DNA from: Ptychomitrium polyphyllum
Lineage: Eukaryota
Direction of reading: 5' to 3'
DNA length: 64,000 bases
Assembly (NCBI GenBank): GCA_973851085.1
Contig: OZ316775.1
Coordinates: forward strand, 1,426,001-1,490,000
A program made the position numbers and the translations under genes. The first letter of the stretch is position 1; each line of letters opens with the position of its first letter. Under the pieces are notes generated by a model. It did not search any database, was not told the origin of the DNA, and was given only the letters and a program-made list of their open reading frames with translations. Below are positions 37,501-50,400 of this stretch, piece after piece.

Positions 37501-39826
37501 AATCCCTATTGGAAACCTTGCCTTGGCTGCCCTCGATCTTTCCTACAATGCCTTCACCGACCTTCTTCCTCGGGACCTTTGCGTGGCCCTTCGTATGGGC
37601 GCCCCCCTCTATGGTGAGTATCTCTATTTTGAACTCGTTATCTGTCAGGTTCATCTTTAATGAATCTCTTTGCCAGCTTACTAATTCAGGTTTGGTATTT
37701 GGAACTTCTTTTAAATCTTCAATTCTGTGTGTTGGAATTCCAATTATAAAGTATAGGATCTGTGTAGTCCTGACTGTCATTAATATAGAGACGTTGTGCT
37801 GAGTGTGCACGAAAGCTTTGAACTTGCGGTTCAACCAAATGACGAGAGTAGGAGCCAAGTTTCTGCTGGACGTAATGCACGAATTTAACATTCTGCGTCT
37901 GGTGGACTTGCGTGGCAATGAGGACAAAAAACTGTTAGGAGTTCTTGAAAATGGGGAGCACTATACCCAATTCTCCACATTTCAGGTCAACCTACTGGAT
38001 CTGGCTTATAATTTCCCGTCAGCTTCAGAAATCGTGAGCTAATTGTCTCTCTTTTTTAGCCTTTTCAGTGGTGCATCATATGGACTATGGTAGTATAGCC
38101 CATACTGGAGCATCAAAAATCTTGCTAATGCTTGCTAGCATCTAGATTGATGCATAGGATACACATTTAAACTGGTAGGAGTTGAGCGCTGCTGAACCTC
38201 CTATTAAGGATTCCTCCGTTGAACAAAAATATTATCTGATTCCCAGGCTCCGTTTTGGTTGGAGTCTCCGTCACCCGAGACAAACTGCAGCAACTTGAAA
38301 ATGCATGAGAAGAAGAAGAAGAAGCGAGATTCCGAACCCGTCCGCTGCAAGCATCCAGATCAACAAACATCGAGGCCGATTCAAATTGGCAGGTGCAACT
38401 TGGCTCTTCAATCCACTACCTTCACAAGATGTGAATGCGTTTCTCCTACAACGACACCTCTCCTCAAAGTTCAAACGCGTTCGCCATCTTCCGAGGATTC
38501 TACACACCAGTTCTGCACCTCCGACGGAGCCACGATACCAGTCTCCTTGGAGTCTACACATGAGAGCGATGAAGTTGGAACCAACAACTTGTTGAGAATG
38601 CAACGCTCTCCGAAGAAGGAAAGGCCACAAACCGCCCCAGAGAGATGTATCATGCCGGCATTATTCCGGTCCCAGCTAAAAGGATCTTGTGACCAGGAGA
38701 ATTCTCGTCCTAACACTGGATTCAATGCGAGCTGTCACTCTGCGTCCCTCCATGTTTCGTCATGGGATCGAGATTGGGTTTGTAAGGATCTGACCACTCC
38801 TGGGATGATTGATCCTCCGAGGGAAGCTGTCTCAGTGGAGCCACCTAAAATGTTCACGAATGAGCTTTATGAAGTTGAGGAGCAAGAGTCCACGAATAGT
38901 GTGCGTTTGACTAATTCGAGCTCAGTGAAGTCGAAGGAATTAGGACAGATGATCAATTTTAGTAGCCTCAGAAATACTCCTAGACGATCTAGTGCAGAGC
39001 GGGCTAATAACAAGCGGAAAATTCCTGACAGTCAGAGGCGGCGATCGAGAAGACCATCTCGAACATCCCGGAAATTGCCACCTCTCAACCAGACTGCACG
39101 GTCGAAGTATCTCACTTGGGATGTGCGTGACCAGAAGAATCCTAAACCAACTCTTCAGAATGCTAGCGAGGAGCAGTCGAGGGCTTTGATGTCATCTGAG
39201 GATATCACGAAGGAAGTGGAATGGCATAAGTTTATTACTGAAATGACAGAATCTCTTCTAACGCTAAGAGGTATGCATGATATGGTCTCAAATTATTGCA
39301 TACAATTTATGCAGCAAGTGCACCAAGAGTCCTGAACCTGATTGCTTTGAACTCGTGGACATCTCTTTTTTAGATGGACTTGACAGATTGATCGGGCCAA
39401 CGGACGATGATGACGTGCTAACTGTCGCCCAACAAGGTGTTTCCAATCTGCGGCAGGTAACGCTATAGTCCCTTCAACTATTAACTGAGGCTTCCAGAAT
39501 CGAGCGGGTTTTTTTGCTGTTCTGCTGTTTTGCTGTTTTGCTGTTCTTTTAAATGTTTCCATTGAAGTGTGAAGTATGAAATGATGCAAAGAATTCTTAA
39601 CGACATTGCTCTTGTGTGCATTATGCAGACTCTCATTCAGAACTTGGATTGTTCGTGTCAAGTCCTCGATTCCCAGGTATCATCACTTAACTCAATCCCC
39701 AAGGAGCCTGTCCAAGATTGGAAAATTGGTAATGCTCTTCAATTAGATATTGTGCAGCAAACATGCCTAGCTAGAGAACAGTCAAACACAAGAACGAGGA
39801 CTAACAATGCTCGAATGAGATTTTAG
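34528..39826 (+). CDS. CEP78: CEP78-like centriolar leucine-rich-repeat protein (multi-exon; start codon and first exons uncertain)
   Basis: Exons near 35498-35558, 35801-35896, 36136-36206, 36377-36474, 37426-37613 and 37814-37985 join in phase to give GLSLWNRDLKVLSEAFGFSKTLRRLSFANSGLGDARLEILTGGLRDCMSLQTLDLSGCALTDASVRCITVIVKSAVTRKAEMEWKASLR...ALNLRFNQMTRVGAKFLLDVM..NILRLVDLRGN. This aligns by hand to recalled animal CEP78 (GLILRERDLTIL..LSLANCPIGDGGLEII..WAESLR..LDIRKN). A disordered exon 38246-39283 and short helical 3' exons follow. Confidence 0.72.
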
Positions 39827-40714
39827 AAGATGATACCGACGTCGGGGTAGCTGAACACCAACCACCTATGAAACCCAAGTATTGGTCGATCAGGAAATAA
39901 ATTCAAAAATCCCCAAATCATACATTCTAAGGTCAACACAATCGAGTTTCATCCCAGTTCAAGACCCAGCAACTGTTCTTTATGAGTGCTCGGGCATTTT
40001 CAGCAGCAAATATCCGTCGCCTATTACGTCAAGTATCTAATATACAATCTCTTATACTGTATAACATTTGCAACTAAATCAGTTCAGCAAAAAATGTTCA
40101 ACATCATCATGGTGCAAGTCAAGCGTAATAAACAGCACCGGTGTTAAACTTCAGGAATTAATATTACAGTAAACCTTCAGTACATAGGCTGAGTTTCCAA
40201 ATCGCTGAAATGGATCCAAAAGGATCCAAAAAAAAGTGAGGAAACTACACTATCCTCAAGATTCAAAAATCCCCAAATCCAAAGATACGATAAGATATCA
40301 TCAGAAAAATGCCACGCGGCATGTACGAAAAGGGATCTGTAAGAAATGTAAGATACAACACTGTTGTACAGATCCAAGCTACTGTAACTGCTGATGACAC
40401 GATGGATTGGTTTCTGTTAGTAAAAAGAAGAGGAGCTGAAGCTCTACTCCTACTCAATGGGTGTGAAATGTCACCCTCGCTGTGACCTGTTTGAAACATG
40501 GCCTATGTTTTACTATCTATATGATATACCCATTTACTGAAACAATTTCATGTCAAGCCGGGATGATTCTAGACTAATCGTCTGGCAACTTACTGAAGCA
40601 ATTCGTGCAGATCGATACTCTTCCTTGGTCATGAAAGTGACGATGAAAGCTCTTTTGAGCAAGGACGAAGGTTTTTACAACATGATACACAATTTCGGAG
40701 CTTGTTGCTGAAGC

Positions 40715-43700
40715 TCAGATACCGCTAGCTAAGCAGCCACCTCCGCAACTGCTACCTGTTGCACACGCTCCACCTCCGCATGCGCCAGCACCTCCGCATT
40801 CAGCCGCAGACTTCGGTACCACGTCGTAGATTTCTTGTGCCCAAACCCGACTCCCTAAGGTCCACCAGAACCGGTTCGCCAGGCTTCCACTGCTACCGCA
40901 TTCAATATTTACAGCTCCTGGAGAACAATCACGACGATGCAACATGTCAACGGTCTAGTTTTTCACAGAGAGATTGCTCAAGTATGCAAGCGCAAACCTT
41001 CATTGAAAGACTGGAGAAAAGGCTTAAACTTACCCCATTCTGCTTTGTTCGGAAGTATGGCCTTCTTCGTCGGCTTCGTCGGCTTCTGGCTCATTCTGCC
41101 AAGCAAGTCGTGAACGGCTAGTGTTGTAACCGAGGATAAGAGCAACACGAGGATTGCATTCTCTCCTGGAGTCACCTGCAGACAAAATCACCGTTTTAAT
41201 GGCCACTTCTTGTGATGATGCGTTAAACAGAGTACTGTACACACATCGGATTCGCAGGAAATGGATCTGATTTGCACCTCCATAGCACCAGATTTCCAGT
41301 TGAAGAGCGCCGTAGCTTTGCCGGCATGGCACTCCGGAGTATACCGGACGACGGTCACGAATCCACGTTCTTCTTCGGGTGGACTATTACGGACTTGGTA
41401 TTGCAGCCATCTTCCGGAGACGAGCACAACCGGATAGCCCACGCTGCCTTCAAGCGTCAGCTCTGGGTACTCATCCAGCTTCGGATCGCGGTTCTTCTTC
41501 ACAGTGAATATGGTGTTCGGTTCGAACAACGCCCATTGCCGTTGCAGCTTCGCCTTTTCGATCTGCTCCTTAGTGTCCATCAGCTGAATCGCGGACGCTG
41601 CCAAGGCAACTACAACCAAAGCGGTAAGTACAATTATGAGAAAAAGTTAAGGATTTCATTCTCAAATCCAAAGTGAAAAGTACGAGACCAGAATGAATGT
41701 CCATGTTCTTACTTGGTGGATCTCCGGGCCCAGTGTTCAAGTTTGGTCGATAGATGTCTACTATCCTTTCGTTCTCCGCCACTGGAAAACAGGCTCTTCC
41801 AGCCTTCTTACAGCCTTTCAGCTTTCTGCAAGATAGACATAGTCGTTTAGGAAATCATCTGAAGAATACTGGGCGGTCGGTAAATGCAATGTTGCGCAGC
41901 TTTCGAGAGTCTATAGAGCAAGTACTCACCGAATCCGCATTGTGTAAACATTTTTTCCTCTGTGATCCAGAACAGTTCTTGTCAACCAGCGTCCCATTTG
42001 AATATTGCGATACCGATCAGTCAGCTCTTGGAAGTTGTCGTCTGTTGTTTTGGCAGTAATAGTTCGGAAAAGGTAGGGAGAGGTCACTGTGGGAGTAACG
42101 GAAGCTGAGATTTCCAGAGCGGGAGGCTTCCTTTGCAAGTCCCAGATTTGATCTTCTTTGTGAAGCGCCAGCCAGTCGAGTGCAGAGAGAGTAGGTGATG
42201 CCAGAAGCATGTTGAACGGGACGTGGACCTCCCCTAGTAGCTTTGACTTTTTCTTCAAGCCTCCTCGCAAGCGACACGGCTTCCGCATTCGAAGTTCGAG
42301 AATAACCCCTTCCACAGACGCTTCGAAGTTCAATGTCCAAGTGCCTTGTTTGAATCTCGGTTGCTCAGAAATTTCCACCTCCGGTGTGTTGAGCTCGAAA
42401 TTGCCGCAGTTTTTCAAGGCACTCAATCGGACAAATAGCCGAGCACCGGTCCTCTTCACGGGCACATTCTTTGCTCCAAGAATGTTGATACTAATCTGCA
42501 CAGATTCTCGGCCAGTGAGATAACTATACTGTGCTTCCTGCTCCGTCTTGTAGATGTTCGACGTATATCTTTCACGCTTGATCACAGGCCTGCGTGATGA
42601 CGAGTGCTGCAAGGTAGTAGGAACCTCGCCTCGATACATCGCCCCTGCTCTCTCGTAAGGGATGCTGAAAGTCTCCTCCCACAACTGCTTCGTCTCATAG
42701 AAACAGTTGCTCAGCTTCGATCCATCATGTCTTTGAGTGTCGGTATCGTCGTGGTCAAGAACTTTACCAAGGATGTGAAGCATATCAGTCCTGTATGCAA
42801 GAGGGTCAAGCTGGTGCGAATGCCACATCAAGTCTATGTCATAGGTCGGGACCAGGAATAACTTTCCCTTTGATTTAGCAGCCAAGTGAAGGAAGCCCTT
42901 GTACCGCAATTCAGCAGCATGCAAGAACGACTCGTTCCTGAAGTGGAGATGGGAAACCTGCATGTACATGTCACGTATAATCCTTAAGATTCAAGGTGGA
43001 CAATCCACTGCAAAGAATCATAAGAACCGAAGAGACTGTTGAAAGGTCTAGGGTTTCCCAGAATCTCACCTGGTAGTAAAATGAGCTCTGACGCAAAACT
43101 GCACCCAAGAGGTCATACGTTATGCGCTTTCTGCAGATTCCAGGTTCTTCCTCTTCGCATCCGGAATAAGATAGTCCAATGTGATGGTAGGGCTCTGTTG
43201 GGAAATGCTTCTTCCACAGCTGAATAGTGTTCTCTGTGGCGGCTACCATGAACCGCGCTTCTGGAACAGGAGCGCCCAAAATCTTTGCGTACACGGACTT
43301 GCAATCCTGTGCATATTGAATCTGCAAGGTCACCAGATCGCCCATGTCAGAAACGAATCACAGTTCCGGACGCTATGAAGTAGATCACATAGGGTCCTGC
43401 TGGAGTTACTTACAGGGTTGAGGCGATGGCAATGCCAAACCCAAGCACAATCCAAAGGTGGCACCAGAGGGCTTTCTCCTTTCTCCTGACTTGCAAGTAA
43501 TGGAAGCCAACAAGCCTCATATCTGCCATCCAAAGTAATGTGAACTGTCAATACAATGCAGATCCCGAATGTTCCTCTGCTGCAAAATTCACGTGCAGAT
43601 GCGCCATTAGTGTCAAAATGGTGAGAGAACTACCTTAGAATTGCACGGTCAAGTGCTGGCCCAGCTTGCGTGAGACCTTCGTCTTGGTTCACTCTAGCGA

Positions 43701-43815
43701 GGAAGCTTAGCTCTCGTTTAGCCGCAGTGACGAGGTTGGGGATACTGAGAGATATGGCCTGTGCAGTTCTCCATTCCTTCGCATAATAGGCTCGATCATT
43801 CTCCATTGTACTCAT
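40715..43815 (-). CDS. Glycine-rich domain-containing protein (GRDP1/2 family, DUF1399)
   Basis: About 8 exons. LVTAAKRELSFLARV, ALDRAILRYEACWLPLL, LVPPLDCAWVWHCHRLNP, AELRYKGFLHL, FLVPTYDIDLMWHSHQLDP..Y, LDHDDTD, YERAGAMYRG, GKATALFNWKSG; C-terminal CGGAGACGGG glycine/cysteine-rich tail. Confidence 0.93.
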
Positions 43816-46800
43816 CTGTGTACACTACAAGGCACGATTTTCGAAGCAGAGCTGCCTGGACTATTAACAGAGGTTATGCAACTTGAATGCTCGCATGGTA
43901 AAGCTTATTCATAGAAGGAGAGAAGGGACGATGCAGAATGGGAATCTGTCAAATGAAAGCCTGGAGCCTGTTTCGTTAAGGACAGGCTATCCACTATCTC
44001 ATCCGGTGAATACAACACATACGCCCTGGATCTTCCCGAGAAACTCCAGCAAACATGATCTTCGGTGCTACGGAGCTGGATCACTGAACCTCATCAAAAG
44101 AGCACAGATCACAGGATAGGGCGGCAACGCAAACGCCTAGGGACGACTTCAAGTAACAACGTGCACTCAGGTACGTCACTCTGCAAGCCGTACAGTATAC
44201 CAAGGCACATTTGCAACTGTGGTAGAGATTTTAAAGAAAGATCCGACGTGTCTGTAAGGACAAATATTGTTTGTACCGAACACTGTACACCACTCCCTGC
44301 AATCCCACACATATGATCTGATGTCCTTTTACGAATGCATGCAGACTGGGCAGACTCCAGTTCTCAAAGTCTCGACAGGAATACAACTGTGGAAACAATG
44401 TAGCGGGTGCCTGCCTTCCAAGTTCTCTCCTGCAGAGTGCAAGGCAGAAGCAGACAAATGTGTGGCTAACGGACGTAATTTGTATATGGACCTGTAAGAA
44501 TCTGCAGGAATCAACAGCACATAATGGGACTGGACTGCGCAGCTATGAGAGGCTGCGTATCATGTCACCGAGTGGCCGAAAAGCGCTAAAGCAAATCCCA
44601 GCTCTTTTTGTTCGCTTCATCAACATATACCGTAAGGACCCCAGAATCCGTGGATGCTTGAGTCACTGCCCGGGACAAAGAAGTCCTGCCAGAAATACCC
44701 AAAAGATAGCGTTCTGAATTGAGTTGTACAAGTAACTGTAACCGATTCTTGTCTAATAATATTTCATCTAGTAAATCACATCTTATTTCTTGAAATAGAA
44801 AATTACTGTAGCTCAGAAGAATCGATTTTTAAGTTCACTGAACCTCGTCTGCACCCTTCATTTTTCGGCCTTTTCCAGGGAAGGCTTTACTATTCAGTTA
44901 GGTGAAATAAATAATCTAATACTAATCTGGATCCGGTCCATTGCATGCTTTATTTACATTTTTCTTGAAGGGAACTGATTCACGAAGAACTTTCAAAGTA
45001 AAGGGATCCCCAGCTTTACACCCAGTAGGTACCGTCCTTCCGCTTGCCGAAATTTGTTTGCATGTACAACATTAAATTCCTCAACGCGATTAGAAAATTC
45101 TTTATGCAAAAATCAATAATGTAATTCAGGAGGAACGTCTTGTTCAATGTCTAGATTCAGTGTGGTGTATGCATGCATGCATCGCAGTGGACATCCTCTT
45201 GTGTCAAAATCTATCATATATTAGAATAATAATAAAACGTCTGCACAGGTCATCAACCAATGCACTAGAAGAAAATGGTAAGCAAGACGCCAGCTGTGTC
45301 GTTATTTTGAGACTTCATCATCCAAACAAAGTAGTTGACAGGGCCGGGATACCCTGGAAACGTGTCAATACCGTCTATTGAGTTTTCAACTATTTTCATT
45401 CTGGATTACATTTTGTTTTCCACAAAAACAGGCCAGTCAAAGCACAAGGTTACTTTTAAGATAAAACTAATTCTGTAGCAGAAGAACTGGGCAGGATCAT
45501 TTCTCGGCCTTTCGCCAGGATCATTTATATATCTGAGTAAGCACAAGGCTGCACAGAGGGAAACTCCAATTGGAAGTAAGCTCTCCAGCTCATGCTTTCA
45601 GCCGGAACAAGAGCATCGAGAAACATTCCAGGCATTGTTGCTTACACCTGCTGACGCGGCGAAGCCCTCCATTCATTTCCAGGACATTCGCCGAGCTAAT
45701 TTTTCGAGGCAAAAATAACTTCACCCAACCTGGTAGTGACAGATAGCCCATAATGCCGGTGTACTAACCTGATTGATTAGCACTAAACCAATTCCAGTAT
45801 TTCCACGCGGTAAGATTGGATGCACTCGGGGAGTAACAATAAAAGCAGTTTGAAATAGATTGCTAATACGTGTCGTATATCTCATCGTTATAATTAGATT
45901 TCGACAAACACAAAAGTCATGCTCAACACGAGGTGCTTAATATGTATGAAGTCTGACGAGGGCAAACTGCTCCGAATCGCTACATCGAATTCCAAGAGTT
46001 AGAACTCGAAGGGTCGAGCCATAGGGACTGGCATGTCCTTCAATCTACCAAAGTGGCTATTGTCTTGGACTATTTGAAAACATGTAGGTTGAAACTTGAC
46101 CTACCATCAAATGCCAGCACAATCCAAAGTTTCAAGATGAACAACCTTCAATTCTCCGAATTCTTCCGAGAAGCAACGTGAGCAATGCGTATTCTATAGC
46201 GAGTATTGCACCTCGCTGAGACTCCGCTTTCACGTCCGCGTACTAGTTTCTGCCGAGCTTAATTATTCAAATCGTGATGGCGAGTAAGTTAGGGAAAGCA
46301 TAAAAGGACTGGTTAAAACTTTACGAAACTCACGAGCATTTGCTGTCCCTTCTCTTATTGATAAATTCAACACGAAAGAGTTATTTGTAAACTCATCCAG
46401 ATGAGTGATCTATGATGCATATATTGAAACTTATGTGTAAATTATATGGCATTAAAGCTCCAAGCATACACATAAATGGCATGAAAGAGGAGGTGAGATT
46501 ACTGAGATGTTGACTCAGAAGAGGACAGAGTTCACAAATAACTCTTACAGCTCAAAGAATGTTACAAGATCTCCTACTTCTACGCACTGCAACTTCGAAG
46601 TTGTTTCAAGCCATCATCTTGACTAGCCTTTTAGCCAGCAGTCAGTTAACTTTCTGAGAGAAATCTGTAGAAAGTTGCACGTGCAGTCTCCCCAACACAG
46701 TGCAGTGAAGGTAATTAACTCTCTGGAATGTGGTGGTGCACAACACCTTGATTGTCGGATCTGAAGAACTGCATGCATGCACAAGGCAAAGCTCATCCAG

Positions 46801-47266
46801 AACTCTGAGCATACAAGTTCGACAGACACACCACTGCCCCTCACTCTGTGGCTGCATTCACAAGCCCGTGCACATGCCTTTGAAGCAACTTCATTCTGTC
46901 TCCAGTTACTGCTTCTGTTTCCAACTATTACAGAAGAAATGTGGACTTCAACTTGGCCTTGTGAGAGTCTAGGAATGTACCAACTAGTGCAGGTTGCAGT
47001 AAATGTACAAGGACTTGCATGACCTGTTTGGTGCAAACGAATAAAATACAATGTAATAGGAAAGCAGGTGCTGAGTTTTCAGATTCTTGTCAGTCACAGA
47101 ATTGATTAGCAGGGCCTAACCGTGTGACAATTCCTATTATTCATACTTAATCATCGATTTTGTAACTTTGAATCTAGACTTGTTGTAAAGCAAATTGTCC
47201 ACAAGCTACGTAATTCAGATACTTATTTATGAAACGCTTTAGTTCCTTTTTGTTTATTTTGAGATC

Positions 47267-47410
47267 TTGTGCTTATTTGTGTTTATCCACTTGTGTTTCA
47301 ACCATTTGTGTTTATCCATTTGTGTTTATTTGTGTTTACCCACTTGTATTAATTTTTTTTACCCACTTGTGCTTATTTGAGTTTATCCACTTGTGTTTTA
47401 AACATTTGTG
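47267..47410 (+). repeat. Degenerate minisatellite, unit ~ttgtgtttat(ccac)
   Basis: About 10 imperfect copies of ttgtg(t/c)tta(t/c)..ca(c/t) at the edge of an AT-rich block. Confidence 0.75.
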
Positions 47411-50400
47411 TATAAAGGTCACAGGGCGCCTTCGGAACAATGATCCAATTCTCTGAGATAGACTATTAGGCTACTGTAGAGCACTATTTTATTTGAAGGA
47501 ATATTTTAATTGATTCACAAATGAAAGTGTAGATTTTGAATTTTACGTTCTTTTTCTAGATTTGTCAATGTTGCCACCAAGAAATCAATACAAAAGTTGG
47601 AATTATCTTCAAAATTCCTTTAAAATTCACTTACAAATATGTATGTATGATATGTATAAAAAGATAATCAAAGATTTAAACAGATATTTGAATAATTTTG
47701 TCAAATGGGTTTGAAAATTGAACAACAGACTCTTGATATGGTCATTTTGAAATTTTTCTATTGTTATAACTTGTGACTTATGTGTTATTTTTGTAAGGCC
47801 ACTTTTGAACTAAAATCAATGAAAATATGTATTGCTTGAATATTCATATATTTTCATATTTTTAGATAGTACTATAATTTTATGACCTATATTCAAATAA
47901 AGGAAGCATGAAGAAAAAGATTTAGGAGGTCTTTGATTGATATCAACTCAAAGCTAGTCAACAAGACCTATCAAAATTAATTTTTGAAAAATGAATGTAT
48001 GATTTCTATCATTTAGTTTGACAAAATTCACTATGTATTTTGCAATTTTTAAACCTAAGGTAGATAGCTTTTAATTATTTTAATTTCTTAATGGAGGAAA
48101 AAAAGACTTTAATTTGGAATTTAAAGAAATAAAACAAATTTTTGCCCACTTGTTGCAAAAACATTCACAACATTTGAAAAATTAAAGTTGAACTTATTGA
48201 AGAATAAACTAATTATGGATATTTTTAAAGACCATCAAATAATAGGTCGTACTTTAAGTATTTGCTAGGAAATGAAGATTATCAAATAATATGTGATTTT
48301 AATTGGTTGGTTTGATCTTTTTTGGTTTTTTCATCAATAGATTATTAAAATAAGCACAAATCACATTAAAGAATGTATTATCTTAGACCTAAAACTTAAT
48401 TCAAAATCGTTCAAAAAAAGTTATTTTTATTTTTATTTTGTTTGTAAAAAATATTTTGAATACCCAATAACTTATTTTTATGACTCCATTTTTAAGCTGT
48501 CATAGAAAGATATGTAATTTTTATATCATTTATCAATAAATATTTATTTTCATAATTAAAACGAAAAGGCAAAAAAAACCATTTTAAAGTTGAAATTGAG
48601 GTTTACAAATGGATTGTTCATTTTTTAAAATACATTCTTATATTTAAAACAAATATTGTTGTTGTTATTATATTATTTTGGAATGCATTAGATATTCAAA
48701 GTTCTATTTATTCTTATTAAGATATTAATTCTACAATCAACTGTTTTTTTAAATGATCTTATTTCATTATTTGAAAAAAAAATCTTAAAAAGAAATAAAT
48801 TGCAACATTATAACTGTAAAAATAATAATTCATTCATTAATGTTTGTTTTTTAAGTTTTGAATATTTTATCTAAAATATATATTATTTTTATATCATGGC
48901 ATTACAAATGTTAACTGAAATTGATATTTAATATATCCTTCTAAAACTAATATAAAAGATGAATGTGCATAAATCATAAATCAACATTTATATAAATTGT
49001 GAAATGATATAAGACCATTGCTTATTAAGAAAGAAACCATAAACATGCTAGTTTTACATTATACTCCTTGCATAAGAAAGAAATGTTTTTTTATGGAAGA
49101 CATTCAGATGAAAGTCCCACTTTCCAATTCCAACCTTATATAATTAAACATAATTGGAAACATATAGTAAAAACTATTGCAACCTAATTCTTTAAATTTT
49201 GACTAATATATAAATAAAGAAAACATGGACAATATAGCCTTCAACAAATTTTGATTCAATCTTTTACTTTGAATGATTAATTTATACAATCTATCTAATT
49301 CACATACAATCAATACTTGGACAATATTAATCTATTGTTTCTTAAGTCACATTAAACTCATATTTTAAATTGTACTCTTTAAATACATGCAACCTAGCAA
49401 TTGAGGTTTTGAAATCCAAAACTACAACAAAAGCCATTTGGAAATTGTAAAATTTCTTGTTTCTTCTATTCAAATAGACATTTCATTTTTACAAATATTT
49501 GACATTTTAATAATAAAATTTTTAAAGTGTAATAATGCCTTGGCTTGTAAATCATGCTTGCTAAATAACTGCTATATGTTATTGAATTTGTACACAAAAT
49601 TTCTTCATATAACCATCATCAATCCAATTTTACTATCCAAATGATAGATTTTATTTAATATAAAGATAATTTATTGTATAACACAATTAGCACCAAAATT
49701 TGAAACCACCATTTTATTAATTAATGAATTTAGAACTTGCAATTGAAATGTAATCTACTATTAATTATTATGACTAACACTTGCAATAATCACATATTTA
49801 TTTCATTAAATGCATAATTGACTAATTTAAATATCTTCTTTGTAACATTTATAAAACTTCAATATTATTTCATAAACTTGAATTTATTTTCATATAAGAC
49901 CAAAAGTTAAAAACCACCAACTTTTTTACGTACATCCAGGCTTCTACAATTAAATTCAAAATACTATATATGCCATAATTTTTAAACACACATATAATTT
50001 TATTTATTTAGATTCATATTTTTATATTTTTACATTCCATCTTTTATTATCCGTATTAATTATTTCTTATTGATTTTACTTTTTGAATGACAGGTGTAAT
50101 TTATAGACTATCATAATTTGGTGTTTTTATAAAGGTTAATTCAAATTAACTAATTTATTAAGAAAGTAAATTACACATTTTATCTTAATTTTTTGAATTT
50201 TGAAATGCATTTTGACACAAAATATACATCAATACCATATTTTTTGTAATACCATCTTGTTTCTTGTTGAAACTTTTATATTTGATTCAAAACTTTGATT
50301 CTTCAGAAGCTTTTCTGCAATCAATATGAATGCTTTTAAATTAGGCATTAGAATTTGTAAAATTTTATTGCAACAAAATTGAATTGTCTAACCTTAAGGA

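Noticed and set aside
45952..45990. Hammerhead-ribozyme-like core CTGACGA-stem-CGAAT
   Set aside because: GAAA is GAAT, stem II is bulged, and no stem I or III pairing can be formed.
46623..47051. 142-aa minus-strand ORF and overlapping ORFs
   Set aside because: No motif, splice structure or composition support.
47460..50390. Very AT-rich block (similar ones at 27200-29100 and 60600-62230) as transposon remnants
   Set aside because: Probably old TE debris, but no termini, TSD or coding motif could be identified.
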